Assembly (NCBI GenBank): GCA_049999805.1
Contig: JBNGIO010006249.1
Location: 255,589-319,588 of the forward strand
Length of the DNA stretch: 64,000 bases
From: Folioceros fuciformis
Lineage: Eukaryota
Direction: 5' to 3'
Below the pieces are notes generated by a model. The model worked only from the letters and a program-made list of their open reading frames with translations. It was not told where the DNA came from and searched no databases. This document shows positions 48,812-61,950 of this stretch, piece by piece; position 1 is the first letter of the stretch; each line of letters opens with the position of its first letter. The translations under genes were made by a program, and so were the position numbers.

Positions 48812-50951
48812 CTACACAGATGCAAGCTGCTTAGCTGCAAGGAGGTCCGATATCTGATTTGCGTAAAAATCTGGTTGAACTTGGTTCTCTGGGCTTTGAA
48901 GGGTCGTCAGGGAGGTTACCCCTGAATGTGAAACGACAACTTCTTGTTAGTTGGGAGATTGTTGACAGAAGTCCCATCGTACCGCACGCAGCGAGAAAGT
49001 ACCTGATAACACGAGAAGTGTTTTACATCCGCCATTCTGCCCGAACAGAATGTCGGTATCTAGTCGGTCTCCAACCATGCAAATCTGTGATTTTGTGATC
49101 TGGAACCTGCACAAATACAGGAAGCTTCTAAGGTCAGAACTTGTTCCTGTGTCTACGTTGCTGAACAACGTTGCAAGTGTCTCCAAAGAAAACATCACAG
49201 GCACTTACTTTTCAGCCAAGTAATCCATCATGAAAGTGGAAGGCTTTCCAACCACTAGAGGCTCCTTCTTGGTCGAGCCTTTAATGGCTCCAACCATTGA
49301 ACCCCCGCCTAAGTACAGGTGAAAACAAATCCAAAACTTTCAGAATATGCGATGGATCTGAACAAGAATTGCTGCCATCAGGCTACATGTCATACCTGCC
49401 CACTCCTGTGCATCAGTCAGATGCGTGACTGCATCACAGTTGGTGGCCACGAACAAACATCCGGGATTTTCGCGGATACACAGAGTCGCATACCTGGCAG
49501 TTTACATGCAGAACAGGGTGACAGCCCATCGCAGATAAGACACATCTTCACTGAGATTGAAGATAAAACCACTAGTTCAACAACTCCTCGGACAACTCAC
49601 TGAAGCTTATAGTAGTTGAGATATCTGTCAAACCCGACCACGACTGCACCCACCTGCCGGTGCAAGCCAAGACATGTGGACCATTGGCCAACAAAAGAAC
49701 AAACAGTGAAGGCAGATATAATGCCTTGCAAACTTGGAAGAAAGCAGAAGTAGATATTTGGAACTTACGTCATGATCATGCTCCATCAACTGACCTGGTG
49801 CAAGATCTATTTTCTTTTCCCCATCCTCCTGCAAAAATCAGATCCATCGGTGGACGTGGCCCTGTCAGTCGTCTGCCTATCTGTGGTGAGACCCGAGAAG
49901 GGGGATAAAGAAAGTCATACAGGGCCCCCAATATAGTTGATGCCTGCGAGCTCTAGCTCTTTCTGAATCCCAACCTCACCAACGATGTACACCTGCATAG
50001 GTTGGCATATCTCCCTAAATCAGAACTCGAGACCAGCACGACCTCCCTTCCATCCAGTCTTTCAGGTGAGCATTTCCTACTACTAGCACCTTCTTCGTGG
50101 TAGGGAAGTTGATGGACTTCAAGTAAGCAGCTGCCGCAAACGATGACGCGAAAATTTCTTCCTGTCAAAGTGCTCCTGAGTTACAAGTGTGCAACATGTT
50201 GAGGGCAGAAGAGCTTATGACCATCAGAGTACAAGTCACCTCCGTCACAGTCAGCCCGAGAGTTTCAAACTTCTTCCCATACTGCTTCCTCGATTTGGTG
50301 GAATTGTTTGTCACAAACACCAGCCGCTTACCCTGTTTGCAAAAACCAAGCATAAATTGGACAAGGCCCGTTCCAGCACTCTCTGACCAAAGGAACGGGG
50401 AGTGCAATGCGTGCCCATAACACTCAAGGATCGAAGGAAGCATCAGTGGCCTACATGCACTGACCAGAGACCGCAATAGATCCAGCGTCTCAGGAACCCC
50501 ATCAATCAGAGTGTCTCCCTTCCAAATCACTCCATCACAGTCGAATATGAAAGTCTCCACGCTGTTGATCAGTGCAGCTGCATCAGACAGCCGAGGAGCT
50601 GCACCCGCCTTCTCTGCATACCAAGACAAAAGGATGCCATCACCCTCAAAGTCATGGCCCAAAAAAACCTCTTCCATCCTGCATTTGTTTGCCTCCCACA
50701 CCGTCGTCCCCAAGTGCAAGCTCACCAGCAGTGCTGCCATTGCCCTCGGAAGCCATGGCGCGCACCAAACGGGGAACTGCAGCCCGGGCCCTGTAAGCAC
50801 CAGAGCGGAAGCCTCCTCTCCCGCACAGCAGCGGAGCGGCAGTGACACCCCTGGAGCAGAACGCAGCCAAATTGGTGAATGTGAGCTTGGCAGGCCCGGC
50901 ACACAGCCCCGCCTTCAAGCCCCCAGCGCGCAGCACTGCTCCCGTCTGCAT
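48812..50951 (-). CDS. PGLP1: Phosphoglycolate phosphatase (HAD IIA), chloroplastic, multi-exon
   Basis: FIFDCDGVIW, VFVTNNSTKSRKQYGKKF, VATNCDAVTHLTDAQEWA, VVGKPSTFMM, MVGDRLDTDILFGQNGGCKTLLVLSG; transit-peptide-like N-terminus. Confidence 0.95.
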
Positions 50952-51773
50952 TGCTCTTGCTCCTGCCTCCTGCTCCTGCTGCAACAATCTGCCCAGCAGC
51001 GAGCAGGGGCCGTCGTGCTAAGAAATCCTCCCTGATTGAATCGATTTGCGCACTCTGGAAGTTGAGAATTGCGAGGAAAATTCGTGGGCGATGCCTACGA
51101 TAGGCGACGAGGAACGTCTGAGCCGCTGCAAAAACTGGACCTCCCGTATTCGGCGGCCGGATAAAGGAGGGAGGAGGGAAGAGGTTGCGTACGTATCTAC
51201 GTGCATACATAGCCGGACGATAGTATGGCAACCAGGTAGGGCCAGTCAAGCACGTGGTGGGTCCGTAGTCCCGGTGACCAACGGAGGATTGCACGCTGAT
51301 GCGATGGCGACACACCCACCAAACTGGAGATGCCTAATTCCTTTGCCCGATTCCCGCATGGAAGGTCCAGGGTGGGCGGCGCTTTAAGCACCAGCACGAC
51401 AGTGCAGCTCATTCCTGCGCAGTGAAGTAGCGGAGCAGAGTGAAGTGCAGTAGCACGCACGCAGAAAGTCGGGGTCGGCTGGAACCGTTCACCGTGTCCT
51501 TCTGTATGCCTCGCTCTGCAGTGATTCTTTTCTTCCTACCTCGCAGCTTAGGGGTGCTTTCCCGCCAGCCTGACTGATTCATGAGTATTAGCTGCCGGGA
51601 GGTAGATTGGTGGGCGGTGCTGTTTGCGGGCTTCGTTCCTTTGATTGCTCGGGAGGTGTAGGTGACGGAGCTCGGTTTGTTGCCACGCTGCGGATGCCAT
51701 TGAATTCAGTGTCCTGGGAGAGTGAGTGGGTGAATTTGCGGCTGAGCGGGTAGAGCTCCTGCTTGCTCCGATC

Positions 51774-53244
51774 ATGGGGAGTGTGGGGGTGCATGTGGGC
51801 TTGTCCTCTTGCAAGGGATGTGACTTGAATGCGATGCTGCACGACCTGTCCCCGCCAAGCTCGCGACTGGGGAAGGCGTCGGGATTGTGGTTAGGCGATT
51901 TGGGATGTATAGGTGATGTGGGCGAGTCCTTGTCGGTCCGGTGGGGGGCTTTGTCTAGCTGCAGGGCTGGAGTGCATCCGTTGTTGAAGAGGAGCATTTC
52001 GAGTAGGAAGCTTCTCAGGGCTGCCGTGAGGAGGGGGAGGACGGTGAGGGCATCGCTGCAGGAAAGTGTGTTTCCGGTTCCTCAGGAGGATCTTAGAGGC
52101 GAGAACGGAGCGGCCGCCGCCGTGCTCGAAGGCTCTACTCGGGGCCGGGCTGCAGCCTTGCTCGGTGATGATGATTCGAAGCAGCCTGGGAAGAAGCCCA
52201 GGAAGGAGACTATCCTGGAGAGAACTCGCCGCCTGGAGGAGCTCATCGAGAGGGTTTGTTCTGCCTCCGTTCTTTCGTATTCTTTACTGCTTTGTGAGTC
52301 TCATGTTCTCTGTGCTTGTTGCTGGTGCTGGTGCAGGTGATATTCAATTGTCGGTTCTTCGCCATCATGGCTGTCTTTGGTTCGCTAGCAGGGTCTCTCC
52401 TATGCTTCTTCAAGGTGATTTTTGCGCTGTGCATTGTGTTGAATCTATTGCATATGGTTCAGGAAAGAATCTGTAACAGTCTTGTCTTGCAGCTTTCCCA
52501 CTGCTAGTGCTACGGCTTCCCGACCTGATTTGGAACGGTTGTGATCAGGGTTCGTTGTTCATTGTGGAATCCTTCCGGGAGTACTTCTGCTGTCAGTTCT
52601 CTGGGGTTCGGACTGGGAAAGTGATACTCCTCCTTGTAGAGGCTGTTGGTAAGCCTCACTCATCACTGTATCTATCCTTTTGGACCTCACTCTAGTTCTT
52701 AAAGTCATTGGACTTCGTAAGGCAAGTTGCCAAGATCATAAGTAGTCAGTTTCCATCCTCCCATCTACTTGTCAGTTCACACATGGAGAGCTTTGTGTGC
52801 AGATGTGTATCTGATGGGTACAGTGATGCTCATATTCGGCATGGGCCTGTACGAACTCTTCATTAGTAGCTTAGAAATTGCAGGTGAAGCTTGTGAAGGA
52901 AGATCAGCCATGTGCGGCTCCAATCTCTTCGGCTTGTTCAGATTGAGGGTAAGTATCAAGCCAAATGCTACGTGCAGTGTTCTTTCATGGGCTGCTACAC
53001 TGCATCTGAACTCCAGTGCTCCGAGCAGGAACGACCAAAATGGCTGGAGATACGATCTCTCGATGAGCTAAAGACAAAATTGGGACACGTCATTGTCATG
53101 ATTCTGCTGGTTGGGATGTTCGAGAAGAGCAAGAAGGTTCCTGTGAATTCGGGTTTGGATCTTCTCTGCTTTGCTGCCTCAATACTTCTGGCCTCTGGTT
53201 GCCTATTTCTTCTTTCTAAGCTCAGCAAGGAGGGAACGCATTGA
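51774..53244 (+). CDS. UPF0114 (YqhA-like) membrane protein, probably plastid-targeted, multi-exon
   Basis: IER|VIFNCRFFA.MAV.GSLAGS.LCF, DVYLMGTVMLIFGMGLYELF, SNLFGLFRL, RPKWLEIRSLDELKTKLGHVIVMIL. Start codon uncertain. Confidence 0.88.
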
Positions 53245-55191
53245 TCGTCTCTATCATGCTATCATCACCTGCTGGCATGGTTGCAATGGTTACTGGGGAA
53301 CTGGGAGGAAGTATTCTTGCTTGTACATGTTGCCGGGTAGACATCTTGTAACTGGTGGATAAATCCGTCTGTTGTTCCTTCGAGTGACACCCACTCCAAA
53401 TGATGGCTCTGCAGAAGGCACAGCTCATCACAAGCAGCAGGTGTCCAGGAACAAGCAGTCAATCAATCTAATTTAACAACGCTTGACTCCAACCTGTCAA
53501 GGCTTAGAAAAGGGTCGTCTTCGATTGTGACCTGGTGCCACGAGCTGTGATTCAAGTCTCCTGAAAGCACACCATGCCATCGGCCACGAAAGCACACGCC
53601 ATAGCTATATACGACACTCTCTCAAGCAACCAAGTTGTCCAAGTTGGCCGAGTCAGCCAACTTTTTTTTTTTCCCCTTTCTCTTCTTCTGTGAAATAAAA
53701 GCTGGCCGGCTCGGCCCACACCGAGGCTATGGCAGCAGGTACAACTCGGGTCCAGGTTCGCCTAGCTTTCTAAGAGCTGGAAGTACATCCAGAGCTGAGG
53801 CACATTCTTGTACTGGTGGTAACGGACAAAGAACCCAGTGGCAGCCGGCAACCAATCCGTACTTACGTGTTCTTACATTGATACGTATATATCTAAAATA
53901 TGTTTAATATAGCTCATAAATGCAAATATGTATTTCAGCATAAGATTTTGTTCCACTCTGATATGCTTCCCGCAAGAGGAAGAGATGGCAGAGCACCGTC
54001 CGGTCCGTGAGGAGTGTTAGGGGCCATATTAGTCAGGTAGCCACACTAGCTCCATTCGCACGATACTGAAGTGGCCTGCCCGGCGCTCTCTAACGGAATG
54101 AGAGGGATTACCAAGACTCGCCCTGACTGGTTTGAAGACGAGCATTTTAGTTCGATCTGGATCGAGGATGTCACTGCCTGACTACCTGGTCTTCAATGCA
54201 AGCCATAGATGATGTGCATCACAGAACAATCTTGGAGCATGATCCTCAGTTTCGCTGGGAGAGCATGGAGAGAGCATAGCATGAGTAGAGGGGAACAGAG
54301 ACATGGAGATCAGTGGTGACTGGTGAATTCCGTCCGTGATGGAGTGTAGAATGATGAAGCTGAATGTCGAATAGCCACGGGAAGCCTATGAGGTATTCCG
54401 GCTGCTGACTACCCGACAGAGCCCTCTACTGCACCCAAAACCCTAAACCCGCACAACACCCTAACAACACCTCACCTGCTAGAAAAAAGATAACCCCGGC
54501 AGCATCGCCTGCACGAAGGCAGGTCTTCGCTCGTCCGCCTCCTTCTCTAATCATAGGTGGAGCGGGAGGATAGCAAGGCAACCAAGAAGGCCGCCGCCCG
54601 CAGATCCCGCAAGCACAAAACAGGGTAGGGTAGACTGTAAGGTGGGAACGGAGGGGAAGGGTATGAGAAAGGGGAAAAAGCCCTCCAGCGGCCCGCAGCC
54701 CCTAGTGCTATGGAGCTCAGCTCTCCACCGGTCTTCGCCAGGGCCTCCCCGCTAACTGAGCCCTTCCTTGCTGTCGGATCTTCGCTTGCTCCAGCCACAG
54801 TGGCAGCTTAAGTGTATGCCTACAGAGAATAGACGAATATTGGGCTCTAATTGGGGGGCTTTAATTTTAATCTATCCTACCGAACATAAATGCTTTACCC
54901 ACATGCGTCACTTTTTCTTGCTCTCGTATATTCGTCTGCTCTCGGCATCTGAAGGAGAGGAGGAGCAGTTTCTACGAGAGCAAGTGAGCGGAAAGTGCAA
55001 GGTAAGGTAATTTCCCTACAAATCGTGTTTAACGAGATGACGTCTAGGGATAGGAGATACACGCATGGCGCTTGTGCTGAACTGACTCCCAGGCTCCGTG
55101 ACGGCCAGCCATGATGCTGCAGGGTGCTGGTTGGGCAAGGGAGCAAGTATTGTGTTTGTGATCGGGAGCGAGGGAAGGCCAGGCGAGCAAG

Positions 55192-56250
55192 ATGCAGACT
55201 GCTACTCTGGGAGCCAGCAAGGTTTTGATCCTCATCGGGGCCGGGGTGACGGGGTCAGTGGTTTTAGGGAATGGCAGAATCGGGGATCTCTTCTCAGACT
55301 TGTCCAAAGTGGTGTTGAAGTACGTGAAGGAGGACAAGGACGGCACCGCGGAAGGAGGCGCGGGAGAGAGCACCGCCATTCTCACTAAGCAGATCGAGCG
55401 CCTCACGAGGGAACTTAGGCAGCTGGCGGCTTCCAGACCTATCACAGTGGTGAATGGACCGGGCCAGAGTTCGGGCACCAGTATTGCGTCCTTAGCTGTT
55501 CCGGTGGTGGTGATTGGAGCTGCGGGATATGGCTACATGTGGTGGAAGGGCATCACGCTCAGCAGCATCATGTATGTGACCAGGAACCAGATGAATTCGG
55601 CTGTGGCTACAGTGAGCAAGCAGTTAACGCAGTTTTCTGAAGCTCTGTCCGTTGCCAAGAAGCATCTGACTTCGCGGCTTGATTTCATGTCCAAGAGGTT
55701 GGATGAGAGCATCAGTGTACAGTCGGTGATCAAAGACCAAGTCTCTGAGGTTTTATGCAAGGTGGAGGACGTCGGGGCTGAGATGCAGACTGTGCAGCAG
55801 ATAGTGCAGGGGCTGGAAGTGAGGATCACTGACATCCAGGGAAAGCAGGATTTCGGGAATCGTGGGATTGTGTTGTTATGCCAGTTTGCTCAGCGGAGCA
55901 TGGAAGGCGGGCAGGGCCCTCGCTTTGTCATGGGAGGTGCAGAGGGCCCTCCGCTCCTCGTGGACAGCTCCGACAAGCCTCACGTTCTCATGGAAGGTGG
56001 ATGCACACCTCAGCTTTTGGAAGATATCAAGACCTTCTCGTCCATGCGTTTGGAGCGAGCTGCATCCTCACCAGCCATTCCCAACATGTCAGGGCTCAAG
56101 GAATTGCAGTTTATTTCGGATCACTTAGCTCCAAGCGTGGGCAATACAGATAAAATAGATTTCAATGCTGCAGTGGAAACTCCAGTCAGACATCATTTGC
56201 CAAGATCTTTTCAGTTTTTACGGCCTGTTATGTCAATGCCAAGGACGTGA
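55192..56250 (+). CDS. DUF1664 family protein (352 aa, no CDS introns)
   Basis: KVLILIGAGVTGSV, RPITVVN, GAAGYGYMWWKG, MYVTRNQM..AV..VSKQL, a coiled coil, and QDFGNRGIVLLCQF. Confidence 0.9.
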   Translation: MQTATLGASKVLILIGAGVTGSVVLGNGRIGDLFSDLSKVVLKYVKEDKDGTAEGGAGESTAILTKQIERLTRELRQLAASRPITVVNGPGQSSGTSIASLAVPVVVIGAAGYGYMWWKGITLSSIMYVTRNQMNSAVATVSKQLTQFSEALSVAKKHLTSRLDFMSKRLDESISVQSVIKDQVSEVLCKVEDVGAEMQTVQQIVQGLEVRITDIQGKQDFGNRGIVLLCQFAQRSMEGGQGPRFVMGGAEGPPLLVDSSDKPHVLMEGGCTPQLLEDIKTFSSMRLERAASSPAIPNMSGLKELQFISDHLAPSVGNTDKIDFNAAVETPVRHHLPRSFQFLRPVMSMPRT

Positions 56251-56900
56251 CATTTTGCATGGGTGGGAGGTGCCAACTTCTTTGCCCGCCCTCAACATCG
56301 CATTGCGAGGTGTCATGAGTTCTACTTTTTTTTCTACACAGTTTCCTACTGGTGTCTACCTGTTTAGTGTCCCCGATATTCCAGGAACTATGGAGATATT
56401 CATTTCATATGAAGGACGCTGAGCATCCTGTGGAGTGTAGTGTACACGGGAACTGTCTACTTTATTCATCTGACCTTTCGTACTGCGGATCCACACTTGT
56501 GAAAGCTGCGAAATTTGATGGAAAAGAAATTGTGCAGGTAACATTTTCTGGGTGCTGTAGTGAGGTCTCCAATTTTGTCGGCCTGGTGGCCTGGAACTGG
56601 TCGCTGCAGACTACTACATATGTGGCCCACTTTGTCCAAGCATTGGGACCATATCGGTTCTTAGCCAGGCGCACACATACTTCGCAAATGCTCTTCTTGG
56701 TTTTCGTAACAAAAATCGTTCCAAATCAGTTTCCGGGGAGGCCTTGGTCGGTGGTTGCTACGCGTGTCCTAAGAGCCCGGAGTTGTCTAAGAAGAAATCC
56801 CAATACTAGTCTCTCCGCACTGCGCGGAAGCTGACATTTAACAGGCAAAATGAGCTGTCTTTCATTCGAAGCTGAAATTAAGCGCGGCAAACATGTGCGT

Positions 56901-57536
56901 CTAGGAAACCTCGATCTTGCGAACAGCTGCTGCGCTCGAATTCTTCTCTTTCGGGACGGTGATAGTCAGAACACCGTCTTCCACGTGAGCACTGATGTCA
57001 TCCAACTTGTAATTGGAATCCGGAGGCAGGCGGAAATGTCTCTCAAAGGTGCTGGAGAATCTCTCAACGTGGTGCCAATGATCCTTGTCGTCGCTCTCTT
57101 CCCGTGGGCGCTCTCCGTAGATGCTAAGCGTGCGATCATCTTCTAACTGCACGGTGATATCCTCCTTTGTCAGGCCTGTGAAGAGGAGCATCAGAGACTT
57201 CAACAACTCCAATGCAGCAAACTGGCAGAGCATTCATCAACTGCACTGCTGCAAAGTGTGAAAGGGATTACGAACTAAACCGCTGCACAGTAACACAGAC
57301 GTCTGCGAAAGACGTGCAACACAATCCTCTGAATGGGCTTTCGAAGTGGTAGCATACCAGGAAGATCAGCCTTGAAGACATGTGCATCCACGGTCTCCAA
57401 CCAGTCGGTCCTGGCGATTGTGTGCTCGTCACCCCTGCGGCAAAGAAGCGAGTCAGAGATTGTTCCAGATATCGGCACAAATGGTGAACAAGGTCTTGCA
57501 CCATCCCGACCAGCTGCTCTGTCGCGCCAGCGCCAT
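56901..57536 (-). CDS. Small heat-shock protein (HSP20/alpha-crystallin domain); exons 57536-57502, 57434-57359, 57174-56901 (approximate)
   Basis: DWLETVDAHVFKADLPG|LTKEDITVQLED, WHHVER...F.R.FRLP, DGVLTITVPK, and C-terminal IEVS. The first exon is the least certain. Confidence 0.9.
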
Positions 57537-57577
57537 TGCCTGCTACCTACTATCGTCCGGCGGAATTGACGAAAATA

Positions 57578-57640
57578 CAACTTATACAGACTCAAGAAGG
57601 TTGCTGGGATGAAGCGTCGGATCCAGAATTCTCCAGAAGA
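57578..57640 (-). promoter_or_regulatory. Imperfect heat-shock element plus TATA-like box upstream of the sHSP
   Basis: On the minus strand, TTCtgGAGaaTTCtgGAT (57638-57621) has correct nGAAn spacing; TATAAG lies ~35 nt downstream and ~50 nt before the ATG. Confidence 0.55.
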
Positions 57641-57839
57641 TGTCGGAAGTTTACCGTTTGAAGGACAGTAGTACAGGACTAAAGGACCGAAACAGCGGCT
57701 GGAATAACCTCACGAAAACGGTTCACATGATTCGCGAACAGAAGTCTTGATAAAACATTTAGGTGAGAGTAGTTTCAAAATCAACTCTTCCGCATAATGC
57801 GAAGATAGAGGACAGTTCCTCGTAACAAAATTGGAAAAC

Positions 57840-59642
57840 CTAGTCGTCATCAGCCTCCTCGTTCAACTTGTTGAGACGAGCAATCAAATTTGCCTTCCTC
57901 TGTTCGTAGGACAGTTTCTTGGTTTCCCACCTGCACCCCGGGACCAACCATCCATCAGTCACGTGCAGTAGATTTATCTCCACAAGCAGACGAAAAAGAG
58001 CGAGAACAGATACTTACGTCCTCATAACAGAAGGAACTTTCTTCTCGGTATGCTGGATGGAAGGATCGGCCCTGATTGCTGCGTGCACACTGGAATACAA
58101 CTCTTCAAGGTCATCGGGATCAACTCCGGCCTTGATGAACTGACTAAAGTTCGACTGGTACTTCTCCGGTTTCTCCTCCTGCAAATGCTGCATCCAAAGG
58201 TAACATGCCCCAGCAAGAGACCCTTAACATTTATAACTGGCAGCACAAAGAGGTTGAGGACGACAGAAACAGTCTGCACTTGCGTACTTCGGCACCCAGG
58301 GCCTGGCAAGGGAAAGAACACCGACCAACGCCTACCTTCATGTAGTCAGCAACATGGCCACCCAAGATGTATTTCCGATGGGTTTCCGGCTTCAGAGACT
58401 TCTCCTCCTTGCTGTACCCAGGAAATCGCTTCTCACTGTGAGGGATGTCCAAGCCACCGTCCAAAGCTCCCTGTGATAAGAGCCACATCGAATGTAAGAC
58501 AGTGTGTACACAATGAAGAGAACCCAACAAATCCCACATTCCTTTGAGAGACGGAATCCATCAGGCGCCTAGATGAGAAGCAAACTAAGCACAAGAACTC
58601 GAGTTGCCACCAAAAATTCACCTTAAGGGCACCAAACACCCTGTTGCCAGTTGTGGTTCTAGTCAGACCAACGTCAAGAAGAGCACGGAAGGGCCTCTTC
58701 TCCCCGCCAGCTTCAACGTTGTAGTCTTCACCAGCGGCCTGTAACATTGGCGGCCAGTTATTAGAAACTTAATCCACTGGTACAAACAGCAAGAACAAGG
58801 ACGAAGTTAGCCAAATTCATACCTTCTCATTGCCAACATACTCCTCATCCAGCTCATACTTTTTCAGAAGTCTCCGGGCCAACAGCAGCCCGGTGCAGTA
58901 CGCTGCACCACGAAAAAACAGAAGGATTGAGAATGGGTACCAACTAAACATCAACGTGTACTCTGTAATTCTCATAACCAGAATATAGCAGTGAGAGAGA
59001 GGGGAAAAGGGAAGGGAGCCATACCTGCAGCATAGTTGGTGAGGCCAACCTTCAATCCGTACCTGGGAAGCTCATGCGAGTAGGCAGCAACCAGGACAAT
59101 GTCACCAGCGAGGGTAGCATAGCTGATTTGCGCTACAATGTCTTTGTTGGTCTGCGAAATTGGTTAAGAACATCCATGACCATAACACAAACCAAGCAGA
59201 TCCCACACAACCTAAAACGTACCCTAAACCTAGACAACAGCGAGTCCATGCAAGGAGTTAGATCACCACCTCTAAATTCTTAGGATACGAATCGAACAAC
59301 GAAGCGGTATTTCGGAGTGTTGTATTTGTTCTTGTCCTGGGTCGTAAGACGAATACGAGCCCGATAGTCTGTCTTACCGGCTGGAAAACAGTTCAAAAGT
59401 TCAGGGAACAGCGACGTGAGACACGGCTGCATCTACGCAAATCCCAACAACGTGCAACAAACTCGTGGACGCTGGAACGCTGGATAACCTCTGCGGCGCT
59501 TGTACTTCACTTGGAACCTCTTGAAGTAAGCCTTGCTTTTGTGAGCCTTCACAAACGCCTGCGCAGACAGATGCAGGTCACAGGTTCAGCAGCGAGGAAA
59601 TTCCAGCAGCGGCTTGGAAGGGTAAGGTAGACAACGCACCAT
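57840..59642 (-). CDS. RPL5: 60S ribosomal protein L5 (uL18), multi-exon
   Basis: [93 protein letters not shown]. Confidence 0.98.
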
Positions 59643-59736
59643 TGCGAAGGCGGCCTGAGGCGAGCTTCACTGCTCGAACCACAAGCCCCGTCGAAGAGAA
59701 CCCTTCAGAATTCTGCAGCCCTACTTAAACCAGACC

Positions 59737-59761
59737 AGAACCCTAAAGTGGTGGGGCCCCA
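59737..59761. promoter_or_regulatory. Telo-box-like and site-II-like motifs upstream of RPL5
   Basis: gaaccctaa adjacent to gtggggcccc, ~100 nt upstream of the ATG. This pairing is typical of plant ribosomal-protein promoters. Confidence 0.45.
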
Positions 59762-61950
59762 GTTTAACAGAAGATGAAGAATTTTATGGAAGTCCACGAA
59801 AACTCGTTTTGCTAATTGAATACGGAGGTATGGAAACAAAGGCCCTGTGCCCCTATCTACGGCAACGTGGGATTCGCTAGGTACCATAAACAGATAGACG
59901 CCTCAGAAGCCTCTAGGGCTTATCCTTCCTTAGTGGACTGAAATAGAATTATGCTTCTTCTTTTATCATGTCCTCTGCGCTACTTTCATAGCATGCTTTG
60001 GTTCTTTTTTTGCACCAGTGAGTACAACTAACAAACAACTTATAGTTTACTTAGTTTAGAAACACTATCACAAAGATGATCACATATTGTATGGAATATT
60101 GGAAACTTTCATTAGACACATTTGGGCTTATGTTCCTAGTGTGTCAAACACAAGTGTCTTCAAGCATTTTTCTTTCACATCAACAATACTTGACAAAGAG
60201 TCATGCACAATATTTTGTGCATAACATGTGTCCCCTATGTCGTAGATGAATATAAACTCACTATCCCAAGTTTACAAATGCAAGTTGCCTTTTGCAAAGG
60301 CTTGGTTCTGTCTAGTATGCAACCAAAAAACATATTTTTACACAAACATTAAGTCTGCCTACCTACACACAACACATAATTTCGAAAACGCTTGCACTTA
60401 GGACATGGCTACATTACCTCATATCACAATTGTAGTTTGCAAAGACAAGCATAATGGGCTACCTTCCCCTCAACGTTACCTCTTCAGACAGGACATTATG
60501 CTAGATCATCGCCATGTGTAGTTGCCCGTACTTCTTGGTCTATAAGATACAACAAAACCCTAAACCTAAGAAGGGACTACAAGATGCAACAAACCCCAAG
60601 ATCCAATCCACAAAAGAAAAATTTTATAACAAACAACATGATAATATGAAAACACCACAAGTTAAGAGGACAAGGGAATTTGGTTGGCCCTTTCCTCAAA
60701 AATTAGGCATTGCAAAATTAATGGATACTAAAAGCTATCCGGCCCACAAGTTTTCTACGGAAAAGCTTCCTTGTCCACAAATTGCAAAGCACCCAATTGT
60801 AGCAAATGGAAGGACAAAACCTCCACAATATCTTCTCTCCTTTTGGTAAACTTGCTATTTCCAAAGGATCCCTGGTGTGAAATCCGATTTGAACAAGTTT
60901 TAGATGAGTCCTCAAGCTATGCATATAGTCTACTCCGTCATCCAAATTAGAGGCCCTTTCCCTCTTTGCTTGCAAGGTGCTGGCAATGGAATGAGCTTGG
61001 CCGTACTTTACAAATAAGAAGAAAAGCAAGCCTAGGATGGGAGCTTCACCATTCTAGGAAGGTTGTTTCTAATGCTTTGTGACCTCGAAAGAATCTTGGT
61101 GGAGTTTAATTGAGTTGCTAGAGAGGTTGTTTCTCGAGCCTATTGGCCTTGAAAGGATGTTGGTAGAGTTGAACTAAGTTGTACAAAGTTGTTTCTAAAG
61201 CCTTTTGAACCAAATTCTTCTTCTTTGGTAAGTATCAGGCTTACCAATCAATCTCCTTGCACTTGCATTGAGACTTGTTCATGTGTAAGGTCGTGTTGAT
61301 GTAAGCACTTACTAACCTCGCCTGTCCGGAAGTGTACTCAGCAAAACCCATATTAATCCTAGAAGGATGGATTTTTTCGCGGCGTCCCAAAACAATGAAC
61401 TTCAGAAAGCAGGCTTATTGAGCTTCATTTAGGAAAGCTCATAAGGGTGCCGCGAAGTAGAAAACCAAGTACTGTAGGTCAAGTACAAAAATCCTAAGAC
61501 GCCGAGGCATCTTGTACTGGAAGGATAGCATAAAACACGATACAGTATGTGAAGACAGACAGTGCTACATGTCGACCAACTTAAGCACCAGCATCTGGAG
61601 AGAAATCTTGCAGTGAGCTATCTGCAAAAATTGTTGGGAGAAGTGGCCAGCCACTACTATCTTGGTAGACTGTGAGTGAGCCCTACTCAGCACCAACACA
61701 GCAGTTACATGGCGTGTCACTGTTATCAGACATGCCACTGTCCAAGGTCAGATGCTGCTATCACGGCCAAGTATTTGACTCAAGCAGCCTTCACATACTG
61801 TACTTAAACCTCTTGCAAACTATCCCCGTGCTAGAAGGCAGTCCTGCAGTAAGCCACACTAGGGTGTTGGGTCTGAGTACTCAAGGAGCAGATGATTCAC
61901 AGGTCAAGGAACGGTATAATCGGCTCGACAACTTGTTCATCCCAACATGT

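Noticed and set aside
53641-53672. Hairpin plus T-run resembling a rho-independent terminator or Pol III RNA end
   Set aside because: Eukaryotic context, no convincing USE or A/B boxes; such a short stem can arise by chance.
54430-54470. aaaaccctaaaccc as a telomerase RNA template
   Set aside because: No recognisable USE/TATA Pol III promoter or conserved plant TR motifs; better explained as a telo-box at an intron start.
54555-54580. Partial miR390-like target (TAS3 candidate) on the minus strand
   Set aside because: Pairing to the miRNA 5' seed is poor, and no second site or tasiARF-like sequence was seen.
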